DNA of 64,000 nt, from the NCBI GenBank assembly GCA_048885865.1, contig JBHLLF010000004.1:64001-128000 (forward strand). Reading direction: 5' to 3'. Shown piece by piece: positions 58,180-64,000 of the stretch. Numbering within the stretch: the first letter of the stretch is position 1; each line of letters begins with the position of its first letter. Origin of the DNA: Candidatus Hermodarchaeota archaeon (lineage in GTDB: Archaea; Asgardarchaeota; Thorarchaeia; Thorarchaeales; Thorarchaeaceae). The notes under the pieces were generated by a model, which was given only the letters and a program-made list of their open reading frames with translations, did not search any database and was not told where the DNA came from. The translations under genes were made by a program, and so were the position numbers.

Positions 58180-59120
58180 TATTCACTCACTTCCTCCGTA
58201 GTTTCAGTTTCAGTCTCTTTGGACTCGGTTTCTTCTTCTTTAGCATCTTCAGGTGAGTCTTCAATTGCCTCATCAGCAACATCAGTTTCAAGAGGCTCTT
58301 CAGTCACCACAGGCTCCTCACCTTCAGCCGTGTCCTCTTCTTTGATATCTTCAACAGGTTCGGCAGAGTCTTCAGATTCCTCAGAATCCTCCATCTCCAT
58401 CGATTCCTCAGACATTTCCTCTCTAGGCTCATCACCATGAATCTTAGTCATTTCTTCCTCAAGCATCTCCTTCACACGATCGGTGAGTTTTGATGTGTGA
58501 GCCTGGACCTCAATCATCTTGAACGCCTTTATTGCTAGACGCAAGAGATCGGTATTGGATGTACGAATCCAAATCCGACCATTCTGACCAACCATGGTTT
58601 GGATTTTGAGGATGTCCTGAATCATGTTGATCATTGATCCCCGTCTCCCAATCACGCGTGGAATCTTTGCCGGACGGATTTCAAGAATCATCCCGGAGTC
58701 TAGGCGTCTAAGCCCTCTTCCTTTCATTCCGAGGAATGGTCCTGTCACCCTGTCGAATGCAATTACTTCAGCAGCAATGACATCACCTATGTCCATGTAT
58801 CTGCTGATATCGTCATCATATGGTCGTCGTAGAGCATTGTTTGCATGAAGAGATGCTAAGTATGGCCCTCCGATGTCCACCTTCCAATTATTCCCCGTCA
58901 CCATTGTGATGGTTCCGAGGACCAGATCGCCCTCGCGAGGGATGTAAACCCCCTCAAGCGCAACCACTTTCACGGTATTGCCGCGCAGTTCAGCGAGGCC
59001 TACCAATGCGGAGTATATTTTGTCTCCGTCGTCATAGGTCCCAAAGGAGGCACGGTATCTGCCTTCAGCCAATAATTGTCCTGGGACCACTACTTCTCGT
59101 TTTTGAAAGTATACAGCCAA
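58179..59120 (-). CDS. rrp4: Exosome RNA-binding subunit Rrp4 with long acidic tail
   Basis: VVPGQ, YIP..GD, S1 domain, KH motif PRVIGRRGSMI, GQNGRIW. Confidence 0.97.
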   Translation of the reverse strand: MAVYFQKREVVVPGQLLAEGRYRASFGTYDDGDKIYSALVGLAELRGNTVKVVALEGVYIPREGDLVLGTITMVTGNNWKVDIGGPYLASLHANNALRRPYDDDISRYMDIGDVIAAEVIAFDRVTGPFLGMKGRGLRRLDSGMILEIRPAKIPRVIGRRGSMINMIQDILKIQTMVGQNGRIWIRTSNTDLLRLAIKAFKMIEVQAHTSKLTDRVKEMLEEEMTKIHGDEPREEMSEESMEMEDSEESEDSAEPVEDIKEEDTAEGEEPVVTEEPLETDVADEAIEDSPEDAKEEETESKETETETTEEVSE

Positions 59121-59164
59121 TGTATTCCCTCATTTCTAATTTTTATCATCAATATTCTCAACCG

Positions 59165-59890
59165 CTATCGAACGGTTTCTATCTTTACTTGTCCTTTGCA
59201 GAGCTTGTTCAGATCATCATAGAGCTCTTGTCGTTTTGATGCAGGAATTTCAACCAAGCCAGACCACTCCCCGTTCTGTGCCCACGCCTCGGATTTGATT
59301 AGTCCAGCCTTTGCAACTACGTTGTAGCCCTTCCCTGAGAAGGCTGCTGGAAGAGTTATCTGAAGCTTGACGCTCTCAAATGAGATGGGGATTATCACCA
59401 GGAGAGCCTTCACGATTCCAGGGATTTGTTCGTCCGCCTTGATGAAGGGGTCAACATGGACTTTTGCCTCCTCCATCGCCTGTCTAATTCTGTCAGGCGG
59501 ATGAGGATGTCCTGTCTGTGGATTCATTGCCCGCTTGGAAATGCTCTCAATTATTGCTTCAGTCTTTTCCTTTACCAGCTGATTACGCTGCTCATGGGTA
59601 AGTCGGAACTCTCCATCTTTGAGTATAATCGGCGCTATCTTAAATACATCAGACGAGCCAAACTCCTCTTCCGCAAGATCTTCAGATGCACGCTCTCCTC
59701 TCTTGGCATCTTCGTAAAGGTCATAGCTCTTCAAGATCTCTTCAATCGGGATGTTTTCACCTCGTCTATATTCAAAGGCCAGATCCGGATCGACAAATAG
59801 CTCAAATCGCAGGTGACCCTTTTGAATTCCAATCACGACTGCATCAAGTTCAAGCCACTTCTCGCCAGATTTCTTCCCTGAACCCATCAA
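59165..59890 (-). CDS. Ribosome maturation factor SBDS/Sdo1
   Basis: RFELFVDP, DAKRG, NPQTGHPHPPDRI, IPI. Confidence 0.95.
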   Translation of the reverse strand: MMGSGKKSGEKWLELDAVVIGIQKGHLRFELFVDPDLAFEYRRGENIPIEEILKSYDLYEDAKRGERASEDLAEEEFGSSDVFKIAPIILKDGEFRLTHEQRNQLVKEKTEAIIESISKRAMNPQTGHPHPPDRIRQAMEEAKVHVDPFIKADEQIPGIVKALLVIIPISFESVKLQITLPAAFSGKGYNVVAKAGLIKSEAWAQNGEWSGLVEIPASKRQELYDDLNKLCKGQVKIETVR

Positions 59891-59904
59891 GCCCTAGCCC
59901 ACTC

Positions 59905-60645
59905 CTATTCTTTATCCACTTTACTGGAGGGATCCAAAATGGCCTGTGTTTCAGATCTGCTGAGCTTCTCGAATTTCCGGGTGCTCACAGGAATCTTGGC
60001 GATTTCTACATTGTCAGCAGAAAGATCTGCTTCCGTGGCTTGGCGAAGCGCTTCAAGTGCAAGTTGAATGGCTTGATTAAGAGTCTGTTTCTTGCTCAGG
60101 TCATACTTGCCTTCCAGGTACTCGCCAGCTCTTGCGCTTCCTCGACCAATTACTACTGCCAAATATCCCCAATAAGTGCCCACTGGATCAGTCACATAGA
60201 GGCGTGGCGTATCATCATGATCTGCTGAGCCAATAATCATAGCAACACCGTAAGGTCTTGCTCCACCTCCCTGAGTAAACTGGGCTTTCACATCACAGAT
60301 ATGCTCAGCTAGAACTTCTCCAGGAATTGGCTCCTCGTAGGTCAGCCAATATGACTGCGCCTTGATTCTTGCCTCCTGAATCAGTTTTCGCGCATCTGCC
60401 ATGAGTCCAGACGTCGCTACACCGATGTGCTCATCGATCTTTGAAATCTTCTCTATGCTTTCTGGCTCTTGAAGATCCTTGATGTTCTTCTCTGCGAGCA
60501 GTACAATTCCTTCATTCACAAGGATTCCAATCGATGTAGCTCCTTGTTCGACGGCTTTCTTAGCATATTCTGCCGCGAAAATTCGTCCTTCAGGGCTGAA
60601 GATGCTGGTTGACATATCATACCCCGCACCAGATATCCCAAACAC
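59905..60645 (-). CDS. psmA: Proteasome alpha subunit
   Basis: GYD..SIFSPEGR, EYA, SGLMADAR, TQ.GG.RPYG, TDP.G; GTG start behind GGAGG. Confidence 0.97.
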   Translation of the reverse strand: MFGISGAGYDMSTSIFSPEGRIFAAEYAKKAVEQGATSIGILVNEGIVLLAEKNIKDLQEPESIEKISKIDEHIGVATSGLMADARKLIQEARIKAQSYWLTYEEPIPGEVLAEHICDVKAQFTQGGGARPYGVAMIIGSADHDDTPRLYVTDPVGTYWGYLAVVIGRGSARAGEYLEGKYDLSKKQTLNQAIQLALEALRQATEADLSADNVEIAKIPVSTRKFEKLSRSETQAILDPSSKVDKE

Positions 60646-60846
60646 GGTGTTTTCCTCCAAGTAGTCAACCTGTCTCTATCCGGAAGTCAGAGCCTCACAG
60701 TGGGCAACGCCTGACAATTCTGAATAGTTACTGTCAAACTCCTTTGTTTTACCAGCCCTCGGCATTTCTGCATCCCAGGCTCAATTGGCCTTCGTTGACC
60801 TAGACTCATAAAGCTTCTGGTGTGAATGTAGAAACTTTGCACGCAA

Positions 60847-61245
60847 TCACTCTTGCAGCATGTATAGATACACAACAATCGCCAATGAAAGCAATAGCGT
60901 GACTATGGCCACACCAGATTCAAACATCAGGAAGGTCATCACAAAGACTACGATGATGAGGAGAATTAGCTCCGTCCATCCTGCTCGAATCTGAGTCATA
61001 TAGAGGCGAATATTGACAACCGTGATTGTGAGAAAGAGAAACATCCCTGACATGACCAGTATCTCGATTATGAGAGCAAGAAAGGGATTCATGTTATTCA
61101 GCGCGCCAACGGGACTTGTATTAATGACATCTGGAGCAGACCATGCCCAAAGCATCAATCCAAGGCTCAAGAGAACCACTGTAAGAATAACTGTGATGAT
61201 AGTGGACCGTACAATTTCGCTTCTTTCAGGAATCTCGTCGCTCAA
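60847..61245 (-). CDS. Four-TM membrane protein
   Basis: Four hydrophobic helices. Confidence 0.75.
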   Translation of the reverse strand: MSDEIPERSEIVRSTIITVILTVVLLSLGLMLWAWSAPDVINTSPVGALNNMNPFLALIIEILVMSGMFLFLTITVVNIRLYMTQIRAGWTELILLIIVVFVMTFLMFESGVAIVTLLLSLAIVVYLYMLQE

Positions 61246-61400
61246 TATCTCTCACACCGGGCCTTGGAGTCCGAGATGTTTCCGTGTCACACTTAAAGAT
61301 ACCGACCGATTCAAGGTTGTTCCCCTTTTGAGAACATGAATGAATGCAAGCGCTTGATGTGAAATGAATTTAAGAAAGGCTCCTGCCTGACAATGCGTGG

Positions 61401-62861
61401 GTGCATGGCGTGGGCAGAATCACATCGTACTTCGGTCTACCTGATGATAAACCAGATGTGATTAGACTCACCAGTATTGCGTTATCACTGAGCACTTTCA
61501 TGGAAGCCACAATTACAATCTCAACGACGTTCTATCTCATTTTTGTAGCAGAGGCTCTAGGACAAGGAGATTTCATAGCTGGCATGACCCTTGTTGCTGT
61601 TCTGGTGATAATACAAATGGCTGTTCAGACCATTTTCGACTATCCAACAGGAGTCATTGGCGACTGGATAGGCCAACGTTACATTCTAGCCACATCATAC
61701 TTCACATACGCAGCTGCATTCTACGTTGTGTCGCTAGTGACAAGCACGACTCCAATCACATTGCTTGTCCTCGTCTACATTCTAATGGGCTTCGCTGGTT
61801 CGCAACAGAGCGGAGCGCTCGGCAGTTGGTTTGATAACAACTGGAGAGTCGCGATGCCTGAAGATGAAGGCCGCAAGCAGTATGGGGTGCTTCAAGGCAA
61901 GTGGGGAATGATATCTTGGCTTACAAATGTCCTCATTCTCATTCCAGGAGGCATTCTGGCTACACTGTTTGCTCGTGCATGGGTATTTCAAGTGCAATCA
62001 GTGCTTTGTATCGTCATAGCCCTTGCATCATGGAGATTAGTACGGAATCTTCCTGAAGCTGATCAGAACAGGCAGACAAAGCCGGACTTGGGCGAATATA
62101 TCTCGCTATTGAAGGAAGGTGTAACATATCTGTTTAGCAGTCAGTACGTGAAGTATCTCTTACTTGGTTCAATGCTTGTCAACAGCGTTATTGCAGTATG
62201 GGGCAACCTCATTCTCTTCCCGATGTACTATACATACTTAGTATCCGACGTGGCTGTGGCTAGCTTCCGCACGATTGTCATGGTTCCTCTTGTGGTATAT
62301 AGCGAGAGAAGTGGAAACTGGGCAAAGAAATACGAACCGGAGAGGTGGATACCTCGTTTCAGATTCATTCAGACGTGCGGAGCTGTGTTCTTCTGGATGT
62401 TTGCAGTATTGATGATTGTGTTTCAGCCGCCTCCTGCGAACTCACCAATGATAGACTACATCCTACCGGGTACGGACATTCTATTGCTGAGAGTCCCTGT
62501 AGCATCACTAGTGCCAGTGTTCCTAATGATTGCCATGTTCTTTGTCTGTGGCGCTTTCCTCCAACTAGGAGGGGTTCTGACTGCACGTGTCTTCGTTGAT
62601 GCGATTCCAAACAGAGTGAGGAACGGCGTTTACTCTCTGTTCCCAACTGTGGTGTTGATTTTCGCAATACCTCAGATTGCGTTCTTTGGATGGTTGATTC
62701 CATTGATGGGGATTTCAGCCACTCTTTTCCTATGTGGATGCATATCGACAATAGGCGTGTTGATGATTCGTAAGGGTCTAAGCTGTCCGAAACCATGGAT
62801 TCAAGACCCTGATTATCATCCAGAGCAGGAGCCTGACCAACAGGCCGAGGAGGAGCTTTAG
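61401..62861 (+). CDS. MFS transporter
   Basis: FDYPTGVIGDWIGQR motif A; about 12 TM helices. Confidence 0.9.
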   Translation: MHGVGRITSYFGLPDDKPDVIRLTSIALSLSTFMEATITISTTFYLIFVAEALGQGDFIAGMTLVAVLVIIQMAVQTIFDYPTGVIGDWIGQRYILATSYFTYAAAFYVVSLVTSTTPITLLVLVYILMGFAGSQQSGALGSWFDNNWRVAMPEDEGRKQYGVLQGKWGMISWLTNVLILIPGGILATLFARAWVFQVQSVLCIVIALASWRLVRNLPEADQNRQTKPDLGEYISLLKEGVTYLFSSQYVKYLLLGSMLVNSVIAVWGNLILFPMYYTYLVSDVAVASFRTIVMVPLVVYSERSGNWAKKYEPERWIPRFRFIQTCGAVFFWMFAVLMIVFQPPPANSPMIDYILPGTDILLLRVPVASLVPVFLMIAMFFVCGAFLQLGGVLTARVFVDAIPNRVRNGVYSLFPTVVLIFAIPQIAFFGWLIPLMGISATLFLCGCISTIGVLMIRKGLSCPKPWIQDPDYHPEQEPDQQAEEEL

Positions 62862-63181
62862 AACTCGACAGAGGTGCCAAGTCGCATGTTATAGACTTGG
62901 AACTCTAGTTCAGTCAGTTCATCCTGAAGCCTGCGATACTTCTTATCGAATTCGTCTTGACCGATGGTTCCGGCCTTCTTCTCCATCACAAGTCTCTTTA
63001 GCTCGCTTTGACGCTCTCTTATCTTCTCCTTAATCTCTTCCCAGTGACTACGGTGGGTGGAAACCGATTTGCCCCAGCTCTCACTCGACTTAGAATCCTG
63101 CTCGAGCTTGTCAACTACTTCATCAAGAGAGCTCTTAATTTTCTCAGCATCTTTGCTGTCCTCTTTCAGGCTCAACACCAC
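62858..63181 (-). CDS. Coiled-coil protein with SHOCT-like C-terminal motif
   Basis: Heptad-rich; AGTIGQDEFDKKY; GAGGTG SD. Confidence 0.65.
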   Translation of the reverse strand: MVLSLKEDSKDAEKIKSSLDEVVDKLEQDSKSSESWGKSVSTHRSHWEEIKEKIRERQSELKRLVMEKKAGTIGQDEFDKKYRRLQDELTELEFQVYNMRLGTSVEF

Positions 63182-63233
63182 CTTCACCTCGATTTTGATT
63201 CGATATATGCGTTGAGATGAGGCTGTAAACGGT

Positions 63234-64000
63234 TCATCCAAGCAAGAAGGGTAGTATCGGCACCACCGGGAGAAGGAGAAGGGTCCCTATTGTAACCGCC
63301 GTTGCTGCTGATTCTGTGTCCAGCTTTAGACCACCAGCGAAGACTACAGTAAACACTGCAGGTGGCATGAGCGCCTCAATGATAACGACCTTCGTCGCCA
63401 AATCTGAGAGGGAAAGAAGGAGAAGCAGAATACCAATCATGATTGGAACAATCAATTGCCGGACTGCTGCCACTTCCAGACCGCCTATTACATCAACCTT
63501 GGAGAATCGTGTGCCAATGCCAAGTCCAACAGTGACTAACGAGAGGTAGGTTGTGATGATTCCGTTGAATGAGAGGAGGGAAACGACTTCTGACGGCAAT
63601 GTAACTCCGACAAGCAATAGCAGAATCACGAGCAGGACAGCGATGAATGGAGGGAACTTTAGCCATTGTTCTGCCATGCTCCTCCAATTGGTACCAGTAT
63701 CACTATATCTCGAACCAATCATCGATCCGAAGCTGACTAGGAGAAGCATCTGTGTCAGCGAGAACATGATAACAAATGGCACAGCCTGTTCCCCAATGAA
63801 TAGAATTGCCAATGGGAGAGGGATGAACAGAGCATTTTGAAATGTGGAGCAGAGCAGCAGAACCCCTTTTCTCCTGTTCTCAATTGTGCTGTTTCTGAGC
63901 CGAATATACATGATTAGCGTGCCAGAGAGATGCACAATCAATGCAGCCAAGAGGACCAGAGGAATTTCAACCAAGGTTTCTAGAGAAGAGGTGAGTAGGG
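63234..64000 (-). CDS. AEC (auxin efflux carrier) family transporter, 5'-truncated by window edge
   Basis: FQNA.FIPLPL, PPFIA, ALMPPA; frame open to the window end. Confidence 0.88.
   Translation of the reverse strand, partial: LLTSSLETLVEIPLVLLAALIVHLSGTLIMYIRLRNSTIENRRKGVLLLCSTFQNALFIPLPLAILFIGEQAVPFVIMFSLTQMLLLVSFGSMIGSRYSDTGTNWRSMAEQWLKFPPFIAVLLVILLLLVGVTLPSEVVSLLSFNGIITTYLSLVTVGLGIGTRFSKVDVIGGLEVAAVRQLIVPIMIGILLLLLSLSDLATKVVIIEALMPPAVFTVVFAGGLKLDTESAATAVTIGTLLLLPVVPILPFLLG

Noticed and set aside
1-64000. CRISPR array, cas genes, transposase, integrase or provirus
   Set aside because: No regularly spaced repeats or diagnostic motifs seen by eye; the CARF protein is solitary in this window
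1-64000. Selenocysteine or pyrrolysine readthrough genes
   Set aside because: No recognisable protein is split at an in-frame TGA/TAG; the Fe-S and Cys-rich proteins appear complete

Overview
Gene-dense archaeal core-genome segment, almost certainly from an Asgard archaeon and probably Thorarchaeia. This assignment is inferred from a bona fide actin, a two-domain gelsolin, a Rab/Ras-like small GTPase and archaeal information-processing genes. Housekeeping content: tsr3, tiaS, S13-S4-S11 (no rpoD), an intron-containing tRNA-Ser(GGA), RNase Z, Fpg/Nei, TyrRS, sua5/THUMP/cgi121, a hutU-hutH-hutI cluster, an ECF module and the proteasome/exosome superoperon (psmA-SBDS-rrp4-rrp41-rrp42-L37ae-Brix-pcc1-pfdB-DUF3194-DHH, no rpoP). 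No CRISPR array, cas gene, transposase or integrase was recognised. The best candidate for an undescribed system is the locus beside actin. There, a wHTH-CARF regulator and an RNase III (Mini-III-like active site) gene form an apparent operon, transcribed divergently from actin across a palindrome-bearing intergenic region. A SAMHD1-like HD hydrolase and a minimal PriL-like Fe-S protein converge on it. Other highlights: an apparently ATPase-dead MCM paralog next to an orphan DNA methyltransferase, a Zn-ribbon/Pro-rich/coiled-coil protein paired with a switch-degenerate small GTPase, several structured 5' leaders (one with mutually exclusive hairpins), and probable CTG/ATA start codons. All calls come from motif recognition by eye; no searches or folding programs were run.
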